A stretch of 64,000 nucleotides of DNA from an uncultured delta proteobacterium. GTDB lineage: Bacteria; Desulfobacterota; Desulfomonilia; Desulfomonilales; Desulfomonilaceae. The stretch's first letter is position 1. Each line of letters begins with the position of its first letter. Position numbers and translations under genes: made by a program. The notes beneath the pieces are model-generated. The model saw only the letters and a program-made list of their open reading frames with translations, ran no database searches and had not been told where the DNA came from. The stretch is taken from positions 640,001 through 704,000 of the forward strand of contig CAWBKB010000005.1 of assembly GCA_963789265.1 (NCBI GenBank), read 5' to 3'. Positions 11,191 through 22,208 of this stretch are shown in pieces.

Positions 11191-12300
11191 GTGGGGCATC
11201 TATACGACCAGATTGATGACAAACGGGAAGGAGTGATCGTGCCGACGAGTGGCCCGACATTACGGCCGTGGTGCGATGAAGACCAAGTCGGCATGTTGGC
11301 TCTGCAAAAAGAGGTCTTCAGTAACGGGGGAATCCTCGACCCGGCCTTTTTTGACTGGCAGTATCGCCGAAATCCCGAAGGTCGGGCCATCATCTTTTGC
11401 TTCGAAGATTCTGACGGAAGGATCGTAGCGCAATACGCTGTAATCCCCATTCCTCTTCGAGTGAAAGGTACGCGTATCGCAGGGAGCATAAGCCTCAATA
11501 CTGCTACTCATCCCGATTATCGGCGTCAAGGCATGTTCATCAAAACAGCAATGGCGGTTTATGAGAAGCTCGAAGAACTAGGGATTGCGTATACACTTGG
11601 ATTCCCCAATGAAAACAGTTATCCCGGTTTTGTCAGAAAACTGGGCTTTTCAGACTTAGGTCGTCCGACTTTTTTAGTCCATATCTTCGAGCCGATGGCA
11701 TTTGTAGCCGGTAAGGACGCGGCTGATGAATGGCCAAGACTTGCTGCGCTGAGTAACAAGCTGACGAACAGTTTCCGCGGGACACTGGGTAAGGCAGTAT
11801 CCACAAGCGAACTGCTTACTTTCGAGCAATTACGCGTGCAAAACCTTTGGGAACCGAGTCATGTCATCATAGCAGCGGACGCAAAATGGCTAACCTGGAG
11901 ATACACGGACAATCCTATTGCCGATTACAAGATAATCGTAGCCGGTGATAGAACAGACCCGGATGGCCTGGTGGTATTAAGAAGTTTTGTGCAAACTCCG
12001 AGAGGCCGAATCGGGTACATTATGGAACTTATGCTGAAAAGAGAAACCGGATCTGATGTCGTTCAAGCGCTTATCAGCCAAGCAATTTCCTATTTTAAGT
12101 CCGCTGGTTGCACGGCTATTTGTTTTCTCGCCAGCCCCGGATCAAGAAAAGTCAGCTTGTTGAAACAAAGTGGCTTTTGGGAGGTCCCAAGAAAATTCAA
12201 CAGAATTCACCCTCTAATCCTTCGAAAACATTCAGCAGACGCCAGCAAAATACTTCTTAGAGACGTGGACGTCTCATTTGGGATGTTCGATACCCTATGA
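11191..12300 (+). CDS. GNAT-family N-acyltransferase (start probably near 11233)
   Basis: ATHPDYRRQGMF, GFPNENS motifs. Confidence 0.85.
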   Translation: MGHLYDQIDDKREGVIVPTSGPTLRPWCDEDQVGMLALQKEVFSNGGILDPAFFDWQYRRNPEGRAIIFCFEDSDGRIVAQYAVIPIPLRVKGTRIAGSISLNTATHPDYRRQGMFIKTAMAVYEKLEELGIAYTLGFPNENSYPGFVRKLGFSDLGRPTFLVHIFEPMAFVAGKDAADEWPRLAALSNKLTNSFRGTLGKAVSTSELLTFEQLRVQNLWEPSHVIIAADAKWLTWRYTDNPIADYKIIVAGDRTDPDGLVVLRSFVQTPRGRIGYIMELMLKRETGSDVVQALISQAISYFKSAGCTAICFLASPGSRKVSLLKQSGFWEVPRKFNRIHPLILRKHSADASKILLRDVDVSFGMFDTL

Positions 12301-12481
12301 CGTTACCCTGGGTTGAATCGGGCAGCGGCACGCTCCAAGATGATCCTTTTGGGACGGTTACTCAGTCTTTTGGAGCCGAGGTCCTTGCGTCAGGACCCGG
12401 GATGCTAGGTGAGCCTGTCGCTTAACATAAGATTTGAAAATGTTTTCGGAGCCTGAATCGTGATAGAAAGTAGCAGAGGCT

Positions 12482-14075
12482 ATGAAAGTTTTCTTGGTGT
12501 TTGACAATGTTTTTTCAGAGTGGCCCCTCGGAATAGCTACCGAGCTGAAGGCTCGTATCCCGGAAGCCCAGATCGGTGGTTTAGCTTGGCACCGGGACGG
12601 TGTGACTTAAACGGGTGGCGAGCTATTCGAATCCTGTCATATCCCCGTTGGATTCTTTGGATGAGCAGGAGCGCAAGTGGCTCGCAACTCCCTGGGATGA
12701 TAAACGTCTCGCTCAATACGAGGCAATGCTAGGCCCCGGAGTGACCAAGAGAATCGTAACCTCGGATCGAAATATCAGCGATGGTTTTATCACCGGCGCG
12801 AGGCCGTTCAGACACTGCCATCTTACTGATGTAACCAGCGACGATGAGATGTTACGCCGCTATATTTACGGTCTGTTGAATTACTGGTTCGAGAGATTGG
12901 CCAGCCTTAAGCCGGACCAAGTAGTAGTGGGTTACGTGGACAACGCGATCTCATATACTCTCGGGCTATTCTGTAATCATCTTCAAATTCCGTTTGTCCA
13001 GATATACTCCGCCAGACTCGGATCTCGCTTCGTTCTGGACGATTCTATTGACGGAAGTTTGGCGCCAGTTCGGAGAACTTTTGAGCGAGCCCTGGCTTCT
13101 CCTTCACTCTTGGCTCATCAAATGCCGGCGGCCCGGGACTACCTTAAGCGATTTAAAGATAGGCTTCAGTCTTACGAGGCTTTTTTCGACGCCTACGAAA
13201 ATGTTGGCTTGAGAAAAGCTTCGTCGTTGGCCGATGCCATGCGAAGGCTTACTGCATACTCTACCAAGGCAGTCCGTTTTCTCACGAAGGACCGACGAAC
13301 TTCCCTTCGGGCTATGCCGAAATGGGACGAGATTAAGCACCGCATTTCCGTGCCCGTTCGGGCGCGTTGGGGCTTACTCGATGGTACGTTTCGGGCTCCC
13401 GGGAATTTGCCCTCCGGTCGTTTTGCTTATTATCCGCTTCACCTGGATCCTGAGGCTTCCACCATCGTAAGTGCTCCCATGTACACGAATCAACTGGCTG
13501 TAGTGGAGGCCTTGGCCAAGAGCCTCCCTCTCAGCATGACCCTCCTGGTTAAAGAGCATGTCCCGATGCTAGGCCAAAGACCTCCCGGATTCTATGCCCG
13601 TATAAAGAGCATGCCCGGAGTCATGTTGGTCTCACCGTTTGAGGAAAGCATGCATCTCATCAAACGCTCCGCTTTCACTTGCGTGATTAACGGGACCGCG
13701 GGCTGGGAAGCTATATTGCTTGGGAAACCTGCTATTGTGATAGGGCAACCTCATTACGTGGCATTGGAAGAGGGGCTTGTCCGATGCCCAGATCTTTCAA
13801 GTCTTCCCGAGGCTGTACATCAAGCCTTAAACCTGAAGCCGATCAATGAAGAACGGCTGCTGCTCTATATCGCCGCTATATTGAATGAATCGTTTGACTT
13901 TCCCGCGCAACTCAGAGACGGAGTAGTGACCGAGGAGACTGTTCGCAGCCATCCGGAAATTGTTGCGGCTATTTGCGATCGTCTCTTGGATATGCGCGGC
14001 TCGCATAAGCAAGTAACCCACGACACTTCCGCTCGCGATTTCAAGGACGGAGCGCGATGCACCGGACGCGTTTGA
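12482..14075 (+). CDS. KpsS/KpsC-like capsule polysaccharide biosynthesis protein, frameshifted near 12600
   Basis: YYPLHLDPE, VKEH, INGTAGWEA motifs; N-terminus MKVFLVFD in another frame. Confidence 0.75.
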
Positions 14076-14370
14076 TTCTCGGGGATCGTACTGTTAGCCG
14101 TTGGACTTGCCATGCTAAGTTTGACAGTTTTGTTCTGAATATTCAGAAGAAGGTGTTCGGGAACAATTTCATTCGGCTATCTACTATCATGATACCCCCG
14201 CGAGTGCCTCAGATAATCTTGAAAGTCATGTTCACTTTTTCAGCAAGCCTTTTCTGCTTTGAGATACTCTGACTTTGCAAATTTTCGGCATTGCGAAATA
14301 GGGAACAAATTAAGAGCGGGCCTTACTGTGGCTTTAGACGATGGATTATGTTCAAATTTCGACACAGCCG
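14057..14370 (+). pseudogene. Degenerate N-terminal paralogue of the deacetylase at 10248
   Basis: CHAKFD..GNNFIR/IYYHDTP..NL..GLTVALDDGLCSNFDTA aligns with CHARLD..GNRFIRAIYYHDTP..GLIVAFDDGLRSNYDTA. Confidence 0.8.
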
Positions 14371-14421
14371 ATTGCCTGCAGGGATGAAGCGGTGTGGGCC
14401 AGATGTCCCGGAAATGACACG

Positions 14422-15369
14422 ATGGCTATCATCAGTACGCGTTACTCGTTCATTCTGACAATTGCCATTTTTGTTGCGGCTATATCTCTCGCAACCACTG
14501 TAGAATACTTCAGAATACCGGATTGGAGTCCTGCTAATCCGGCGAACATAATCTCCGGAAATTCGCGAGCCCCCAACCAATACAGAGTACTAACCCCTCT
14601 TATCTATAGTCTCGGCACCGAAATTATAAACAAACCCGAACTCGTTGATCGCCTCGTCGTATTTGCCTCGATATTGTTTTGCTACATAGTGTGCGCTATC
14701 TGTTTTAGGAGGTCGACCAGGTCACTTGGGATTGCCATGGTGTGTCTTCTCGCTTTACTTGGAAGCTTTCAGACAGGATTTATGTACCGACATCGGCAAG
14801 AGTTTTGGGAAACCGGCTTTTTAGTTTTATGCGCCAAGTGGATTCATGATGAAAATCCAAATTGGAAGGGGTTTATATTCATAACCTTTTTGGGTTCTTT
14901 GAATCGGGAAACCTGGATATTCGTGATTATGGCTGCTGCAGTCTGTCGCATATTCCATCCTAGACCGGGAAAGGATTTTCCTATCAATAAGTCGGATCTT
15001 ATCGGCCTGACAGTGAGCTTTGCCATTTATACTGCGGTTTATGTGTCGGTCAGATATTATGCTTATACTCACTATGGCACAGTTCCATATTATGAATTTT
15101 GGTCGTTTGAGCATAACCTGGCCAATTTAGGATTAAATCTCAACAATCGGATTTGGACGCTTGGGGCTGGCCTCATTTGGATATATAGCTTGTCAGTAAT
15201 CGAGGGAAACAGAAGATATTTGCAATTTATTCTGGGTTACCTGATACCCCTTCTAACTGTAAGTTTCTGGATTTCCAATTGGAGTGAGCAGCGCATTTTT
15301 TTCCCTATTTATCCTGTGTTGATAATCGCTTCAGTTGAGCATTTTCTTGAGTGTAGTCAAAAGACTTAA
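14422..15369 (+). CDS. Polytopic membrane protein, possibly GT-C fold
   Basis: APNQYRVL, LNRET, EQRIF motifs; many TM segments; AT-rich. Confidence 0.55.
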   Translation: MAIISTRYSFILTIAIFVAAISLATTVEYFRIPDWSPANPANIISGNSRAPNQYRVLTPLIYSLGTEIINKPELVDRLVVFASILFCYIVCAICFRRSTRSLGIAMVCLLALLGSFQTGFMYRHRQEFWETGFLVLCAKWIHDENPNWKGFIFITFLGSLNRETWIFVIMAAAVCRIFHPRPGKDFPINKSDLIGLTVSFAIYTAVYVSVRYYAYTHYGTVPYYEFWSFEHNLANLGLNLNNRIWTLGAGLIWIYSLSVIEGNRRYLQFILGYLIPLLTVSFWISNWSEQRIFFPIYPVLIIASVEHFLECSQKT

Positions 15370-15600
15370 GTGCAACTACAAAACGCTTGCGGTGAGCGAT
15401 GAACTGATTTCATTGTCCTTCACATCGGGGCATGAGTTCGGTAAAGTGTAAGGAGGGATGGTCATAACAAAAGGGACTCCATGTTCATGCTCGGTACGGT
15501 GCAAGCGGCGAATCATCGAGGTTTAGTCTGAGCAAGAAACTATTTCGGCCATTTGCGATCGTTTGCTTGCACGTGAGTCCATGAAAAAGGCCTGCTAAAA

Positions 15601-16572
15601 ATGTTGATCCGCAATCCGCATTCAAATAGGGAAAATTCTTTCCGTGCCATTTATGACAATGCTGATTCTATATCTCTTCTCCAAGATAAGGATAAGTTGC
15701 CTGACTTTCCCTTCCTGGTGGATGTTGAGCTTACCAACCACTGCAATCTTAGCTGCATCATGTGTCCCAGACATGCAATGAAAAGGGACAAAGGTTTTAT
15801 GTCGGAAGAAATTTTCAAGGGGGTCGTAGAAGAATGTGCACAGCGTAAGACTCCCATAAGATTAATAAGATTTGGGGAACCGTTTTTGCATCCGAAAATT
15901 GTGGAATTCTGCCGGCACGCCAAGTCCAATGAGCTTATGGTTCATGTCACAAATAATGGGCTTGCCATAAATGAAGCGGACATGCAGGCTTTAGTTGATC
16001 TTGCCGTAGATTCGGTGATTTTTTCCTTCCAGGGTACAACAAAAGAGCGGTATGAAACAATACGGAACAATTGCATGTATGACAAGCTCGTCCATTCTAT
16101 AAAGCGACTCTTGAAAATAAGGGGCGATCGAGATAAGCCTTTTATCCATGTCTCCACAACCGTGCTGGATGATTCAAAGACTGAAATCAGCCGGTTTGTC
16201 GATTATTGGGCAAGTATGGTTGATTCGGTGGGAGTAGGTAAGACGCTGCTGTACACAGTCCCGACAGATGATCTGGAGCCATCTTTGGCAAGAAAGATTC
16301 GAGAGCTGAGAAGGAGCGAGACCATAAAAAGAGTATATGGGCCCTGCAAAGAGGTATTCCAAAAACTTAGTGTAGATTGGGATGGAAGAATAACCTGTTG
16401 TTGTGGGGACTTTGACCAATTCTTGACGGTGGGCGATATAAGAGAATCTTCTCTTTCGCATGTCTGGAATAAGGGCAGGCGTCTCGCTATCTATAGAGAA
16501 CTTCTTGGGGCAGGACTACACAAAAGTTTGAAGCTATGCAGTTCTTGCTATCCCACTTACGAAGAGATTTAG
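15601..16572 (+). CDS. Radical SAM enzyme with SPASM/twitch domain
   Basis: CNLSCIMC, GEP, C-terminal PC..CCGD..CSSC. Confidence 0.92.
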   Translation: MLIRNPHSNRENSFRAIYDNADSISLLQDKDKLPDFPFLVDVELTNHCNLSCIMCPRHAMKRDKGFMSEEIFKGVVEECAQRKTPIRLIRFGEPFLHPKIVEFCRHAKSNELMVHVTNNGLAINEADMQALVDLAVDSVIFSFQGTTKERYETIRNNCMYDKLVHSIKRLLKIRGDRDKPFIHVSTTVLDDSKTEISRFVDYWASMVDSVGVGKTLLYTVPTDDLEPSLARKIRELRRSETIKRVYGPCKEVFQKLSVDWDGRITCCCGDFDQFLTVGDIRESSLSHVWNKGRRLAIYRELLGAGLHKSLKLCSSCYPTYEEI

Positions 16573-16639
16573 GATAACACAGTATGTAGGGCCGTAATAC
16601 ATTCGGATTATTCTTCCAAGCCACGGGGTCAGTCATTCG

Positions 16640-18535
16640 ATGCCGGAAATGTATATGGTTTCAAAAGCCGAGGTAGCGAGATCCTCACTCCTGAATACGC
16701 GGACGCAGACCCTATTAATTCTAGCTTTTTGTATAATCTATGTGCCCTTTTTCGCTAATAAGAACTTGTACTGGGATGATTGGACCTACTTTTGGGTGTT
16801 TTGGGTCGATGGCCCGGGCATGTTATTGGAGTATTATAAGCAGGTGGGCCATATCGGCCACTGGTTGCCGATGGCACTATATTACTGGCTCGGCGGCGAA
16901 TACGCCGGATTGTTCGCCAGGGTTGTAGCTGTAGGATGTCACATTGGCGCAACCCTGCTCTTGCACCGGATATTTCTCCAAATTCGGTTCACAAAACCGC
17001 TAGCGGTATGGATTGCAATATTGTATGCGTTGTCGCCATTTTATTACGAGCGGGGGGTGATGGTCGCCACTGTTAGCGATCTGTTTCTGTTTTGCTATCT
17101 CTTGTCGGTGTGGGTCATGTCCCGGCCTGGCTTAGCGTCAAACTTTTTGGCACTGTTTCTATTCGGTATATCCTTGGGTTTTGAAACTTTCATGATGCTT
17201 GAGCCGTTGCGTGTTTTGTTTGTAAATGAATTCCGGAAAGATCTCAAGAAAACAGTGCAACAGTGTGCCCCAATCTGGGTTATGGCCCTTCTCTTCGTGA
17301 TTCTTCGCTTTACTTTATTAAAGCCGTACGGATGTTATAAGGGTTATAACTCGTTGAATTTTGATGTCTTGGGCATTGGAAAATGCTTAGCAATGAGCAT
17401 TATGTACTACCCTCGAGTCATCTGGCTGATCATCTCTCAGTCCGCGGATTTAGTGACGTGGTACGGTTTGGCCGTTGCTGCTTCGTTCTGCCTGGTTATA
17501 TCACGAGTCTTGACGTATAGCAGTGCAGAGGGCCTTATCGCCGGTCCAGCCGACCTTAGTATCACGCTTCGCCGAGTGACGATCGGCGTCGCCCTCACTG
17601 TATCGGGAGCAGTTCCGTACATTCTGGCCGGCTTATATCCGGCTCCCCACAATTTCTCGTGCCGCTATGCCGTAGTCTCTATTCCTGGGGCTTTGCTCGT
17701 CATTGTGTCCTTGATCGCGGCATTTCGCAGCTCTTTCCTAAGGACGTACGCTTACGTGCTCTTCTGTACAGCTTCAATTCTATTTTCTCTGCAGATTACG
17801 AAATGGTACCTCTACGAAGCAGCAGTTAAACGAGACTTGATAATGCAGATCCACCAGATCACTTCAACAGGCTCTATGGAACAAACAAAGATCTTCGTAA
17901 GAATGATTCCGGATTCAACGAAAATTCTTATACTCGGGAAACGCATATCGGTCTGCGAACTGGCTGTACCGGTCAATCTGCTACGCGACCCTAAACGACC
18001 ATTGCTCTTTTTGCAGGAGAAGTGGAAAGGTGCCGGCCAGGAGTGGACCGGGCCCTGCACGATTGACGAAAATGACCGCTATCCTTGTCCAAGCAATACA
18101 GTAACTCTCGAGTATCGACTGCGACCGGAATATGCTTCGGTTGGCAAGATGTCTTATCTGTATTTGCTGAAATCCGTTTTCACGACCGTTGATGAACCTC
18201 CAGGGCTGGGGATTTTGACAGATCCCTCGGGTTCACTGTCCGCCGGCCAAGCGATAAAATCAGTGAGAACTGAAGTTTCAATCAGGAAAGCGGGGAAAAT
18301 TGCTGCCGGCATCCTCAATATTAGTATGCGGTTTTTGCAGAGTCCCACGACTTATGGAGAAACCTTGGGGCGAAACAGAAACCGAATCCGTCATGTGCGC
18401 TTACCTCCTGAAATGCCGTTTCTTGAATTTGTGCTCCATTCTCCTTGCCCTGATGGTTTTTCAAGCCATAAACGGATAGTGGGGAATCTCTTTCTTCCCT
18501 TCCAACCCTGCCGCAAATTCAAGGTTACCGGATAA
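16640..18535 (+). CDS. Polytopic membrane protein, putative GT-C glycosyltransferase
   Basis: YWDDW after first TM helix; about 11 TM segments; C-terminus may be artefactually extended. Confidence 0.6.
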   Translation: MPEMYMVSKAEVARSSLLNTRTQTLLILAFCIIYVPFFANKNLYWDDWTYFWVFWVDGPGMLLEYYKQVGHIGHWLPMALYYWLGGEYAGLFARVVAVGCHIGATLLLHRIFLQIRFTKPLAVWIAILYALSPFYYERGVMVATVSDLFLFCYLLSVWVMSRPGLASNFLALFLFGISLGFETFMMLEPLRVLFVNEFRKDLKKTVQQCAPIWVMALLFVILRFTLLKPYGCYKGYNSLNFDVLGIGKCLAMSIMYYPRVIWLIISQSADLVTWYGLAVAASFCLVISRVLTYSSAEGLIAGPADLSITLRRVTIGVALTVSGAVPYILAGLYPAPHNFSCRYAVVSIPGALLVIVSLIAAFRSSFLRTYAYVLFCTASILFSLQITKWYLYEAAVKRDLIMQIHQITSTGSMEQTKIFVRMIPDSTKILILGKRISVCELAVPVNLLRDPKRPLLFLQEKWKGAGQEWTGPCTIDENDRYPCPSNTVTLEYRLRPEYASVGKMSYLYLLKSVFTTVDEPPGLGILTDPSGSLSAGQAIKSVRTEVSIRKAGKIAAGILNISMRFLQSPTTYGETLGRNRNRIRHVRLPPEMPFLEFVLHSPCPDGFSSHKRIVGNLFLPFQPCRKFKVTG

Positions 18536-18540
18536 CCCTG

Positions 18541-19377
18541 ATGGAGCCGAGAATCAACTGGGATAAAATAGAACTCAAGTGCCTCAAGTTATTTACCCGG
18601 AGGCTGCCAAGGATCCGGGGAGCCGATTATGTATTACGTAAAGCATGGGAGTTGTACACGCGTAAGACAAGACCTCCTGTGATGACCTCGTGCTTCGGTT
18701 TTAAGATGATTCTGGATCCGATGGACCGCGGTGAAGAGCAGTTACTGCTCGGCTGCCAGCTCTATAACTATCGCGAAATGAGCTTCATAAAAGAATACTT
18801 AAGCGAAGGAGACGTATTCGTCGATTTGGGAGCACACATTGGGGCATTCACCCTGGTTGCTTCCCGGGCGGTAGGAGAGAATGGACAAGTGGTCTCCCTC
18901 GAACCGCGTTTACAAAGCTATCACAGACTTTGTCAGCATTTGGAGTTGAATTCGATCACAAACGTTCTCGCTTTGAATGTGGCAGCATCCGACAAGGAGG
19001 AAACCTGTACGATGGGTTTAGCCCAAGAGGGACAGGCGGGCACAAACACCCTCCTGCTCCATCATCTCAACCCACAGGAATTTTCAGGTACGAGCGTTAA
19101 ATGTTATCCGCTGGCTAATATTCTCCATAGGTACAACATCACTTCCATCAGAGGAGCCAAAATCGACATAGAGGGTTATGAGTACAGGGTACTGAAAGAA
19201 TTTTTCTCAAGCACAAAAAAGGAATTTTACCCTGAATTCATAATCGTGGAATATATTGATTTCATGAAAGAGCTAGCCGGCGGAAGCACTCTTGACCTGC
19301 TTCTCGACAGGGGTTACCAGATCCGCTGGCACGACCGGGCAAAACGCAATTTCCTAGTGGTGCTGGAAGCCAGATAA
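18541..19377 (+). CDS. FkbM-family methyltransferase
   Basis: VDLGAHIG and KIDIEGYE motifs. Confidence 0.92.
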   Translation: MEPRINWDKIELKCLKLFTRRLPRIRGADYVLRKAWELYTRKTRPPVMTSCFGFKMILDPMDRGEEQLLLGCQLYNYREMSFIKEYLSEGDVFVDLGAHIGAFTLVASRAVGENGQVVSLEPRLQSYHRLCQHLELNSITNVLALNVAASDKEETCTMGLAQEGQAGTNTLLLHHLNPQEFSGTSVKCYPLANILHRYNITSIRGAKIDIEGYEYRVLKEFFSSTKKEFYPEFIIVEYIDFMKELAGGSTLDLLLDRGYQIRWHDRAKRNFLVVLEAR

Positions 19378-19476
19378 TTGCAAACCTCATGCTCCAGTGT
19401 CTCCTCCGGGCACAATTCTGCTCTCCCTCGTATCTGAGGAAACACCCTTCAGTGCATTTAACGCCGAATAATTCTT

Positions 19477-20896
19477 TTACCAACCGCTTGGCATGCGGAA
19501 TCGTCGATGGTTGGGAGACCAGTTTTTAAGTAGATCCAACTGGTCGTCCTGAATCTCTATCTCTTTCGGTCCGCCGCCGAATAGTGGCAAAGATGACAAG
19601 TTAAAGCCCTGCTTCAGCAGCGGTATTTCATCGACAGTCAAGCCCATGAAGCGAGCCGCGGCTGCATCAACAACCAAAGGCCTCGTTCCGGCAAAAACCG
19701 CTCCACACCGGAGGGCAGAAGGTTCCAGCGGCCCCTCACCTTCGCCGGCGATCACGGCATCGAGTACACAGAAAATCGCCCGCTGAGGCGAGGGCTTGAT
19801 GCGTCCGTCCAGGTCGGCGTAGCGAGCGATTCGATTCAAATCCAATATAGTTCGCCAGAGAGTGTCATTGCCAAACCATGAACCCTCTGAAATGCGATCC
19901 CCGAAAGCTAAAACCAAGTCTGGAATTTTGCGAAAAATTGAAAAAAGGACCTGGCCTCCGCGACTTGAAGTCACATCTCGCAACTCCTCTAATGAAGTGC
20001 GTACAGATTTCAAGACATTGGCGCTGGGATATTCGTCGTGGCCCAGAGAAGCCGGGCCGCGTCGATGGTGCGGCAAGAAACTTTTGTGTCCGTTGATACC
20101 GACAAGGTTCTTTAGGCATCCTGTGATCCCGGCTTTGCGATGCGTCTTCAATTTGGCCGCGTTCAAGATGACATCAGCTTCAAGGAGCCGGCGAGAAACG
20201 CAATATTCGTGCCGGCCTGGACGATGGTGCTCCCAAAGCGCGGCAGGGTTATAGTTGGTGACCCTAAAATTTCCGTAATCGTGAGCCACAGGTTCAAGTA
20301 AGCTTTCCATGCCGAGATCGACCAAAGCGTAACGCTCATCCGCGACTCGCAGTTCTTTCCTGAATGTCAACTTGCTGTCCCGGTGGTAGAGTTCCAACCG
20401 CCAGTCTTCCAAGACGACCTTTAGGTTGCTGTGCGCTTCATAAAACTTCGTGACAGCGAGCCAGTCCTGGGATTCCCATAATAAGCCGATGTTACAAGAC
20501 TGAAGAGGCGCGTCGCCTACCACCACAGTCCCTTCTCCATTCAAAGCAATAAAAACAAAATCGAGGAGCGCGCGGTACTATTGACGGATGAGTCACCACC
20601 GCATCGAGTCCGCCAGGTCCGCGATTTTCATGCATGACCCAGTTAGGTTTAATCACGACCTTGTTTCCCGGCCTTATGAAGTCGGCCAGTGGATTCCACA
20701 GTCGTGTCCCCATATTCTCTTTGTCCAGATTCAGCCTAAGTAAAGCTTGACGTACCAGACGGTAGACGGGATTAGGCGTCGAAGACAAGTCTTCGAAGGG
20801 ATATTCAGGGTATTGCTCACTCGGGGAAAACGGAGAACTCGGATAGACGTTAACGTTGTAATCCCTCGCGAAAGCAACCGAGTTCGACCTGTTCAT
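19477..20896 (-). CDS. DUF362 family protein, frameshifted near 20575
   Basis: VVIKPNWV, THPS, KLKTH, GCLKNLVG, GEGEGP motifs across ORFs 20492-20896 and 19477-20544. Confidence 0.85.
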
Positions 20897-21097
20897 AATT
20901 TAATGTGTCTCCTCGCATACATTGGTCTGCTTTGGCAGGCCTACCGAGTTGGTTTTTTCTACCACATTTGTCGTGTGAGGCAAAAGTCGGTCTGATGAGA
21001 TGGATTAGGTCGAATTCCTATACGACCATTTCTCTCGCAAAATCATTGACCGGTGCGTTTTAAGCATCCTTTGTAATTACCGGCAGTTGGGATTGAT

Positions 21098-22205
21098 TTG
21101 AAGATTGCTCTTTTTATGTCTTCCCTGGGCGGAGGCGGCGCCGAACGCGTCACGCTGAATCTAGCACTAGAATTCTGCCGATTAGGGCACCAGGTCGATT
21201 TGCTGGTTGCTTCGTCGAAAGGGCCACTTCGCTCTGAGGTACCCGCTTCCGTTGGATTTGTAGATCTCTCCGCGTCTCAGAACTGTTCGTGCGATTCTGC
21301 CTCTCGCTGCATATTTGCGCAGTGACTTGCCGGACGTGCTTTTGTCTACGATGGGTCATTGCAATATCATCGCTCTTCTGGCCCGTAAAATCGCCCGAAC
21401 TACTACGCGTGTAGTTATAGGAGAAGCAAGTCTTCTGAGTATCAGCACAGCGCGTGCGCATCTTTTTCGAAGTCGTTTAATCCCTTTTGCCGCCAAGTGG
21501 CTGTATCCGAGAGCACACGAGATAATCGCTGTATCAGAAGGCGTCGCCGATGATTTGTCTCGTCTCCTACACGTGCCGCGTTCCAGAATTGAGGTCATTT
21601 ACAACCCTGTGGTCACCCCGGCCTTGTACGAAAAAGTTGCATGTCGCCTCGAGCATCCTTGGTTCCAAAGCGACGCTCCACCTGTGATTCTCGGTGTTGG
21701 GCGACTGGACCCTGAAAAGGACTTCACTACTTTGCTCAGAGCCTTTAGTGTAGTCAGAAAGAATCGCAATGTCCGATTGATGATTCTGGGAGAAGGACCG
21801 GAGCGATCTCTTTTAAACTCACTAGCTCTAGAGCTGACCATTAGTAGTGACGTGGAATTTCCCGGTTTCGTCGAAAATCCGTTTCCTTATATTTCCAGAT
21901 CAGGGTTGCTCGTAGTGTCGTCTCGCATCGAAGGTTTGTCCAACGTTCTCATCGAAGCCTTGGCTTGTGGAACTCCTGTTGTGGCCACGGATTGCCCATG
22001 TGGCCCAAGAGAGGTACTTGAGCAGGGCCGCTATGGGATGTTGGTCCGGGTTGGAGATGTCGAAGCACTGGCTAGGGCAATCGAGCAAACTCTGGACAAT
22101 CCCCCTGACCCGACATTCTTGAAAAGCGCTGCGGAGAGATTCTCGGTTGACGTAATTGCAAAGCAATATCTTGAAGTTCTCATTGGGGAAGTCCGAGAGA
22201 AGTAA
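21098..22205 (+). CDS. Glycosyltransferase family 4, frameshifted near 21275
   Basis: GGGGAERV N-terminus; EGLSNVLIEALACGTPVV motif. Confidence 0.88.
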
Positions 22206-22208
22206 ATT

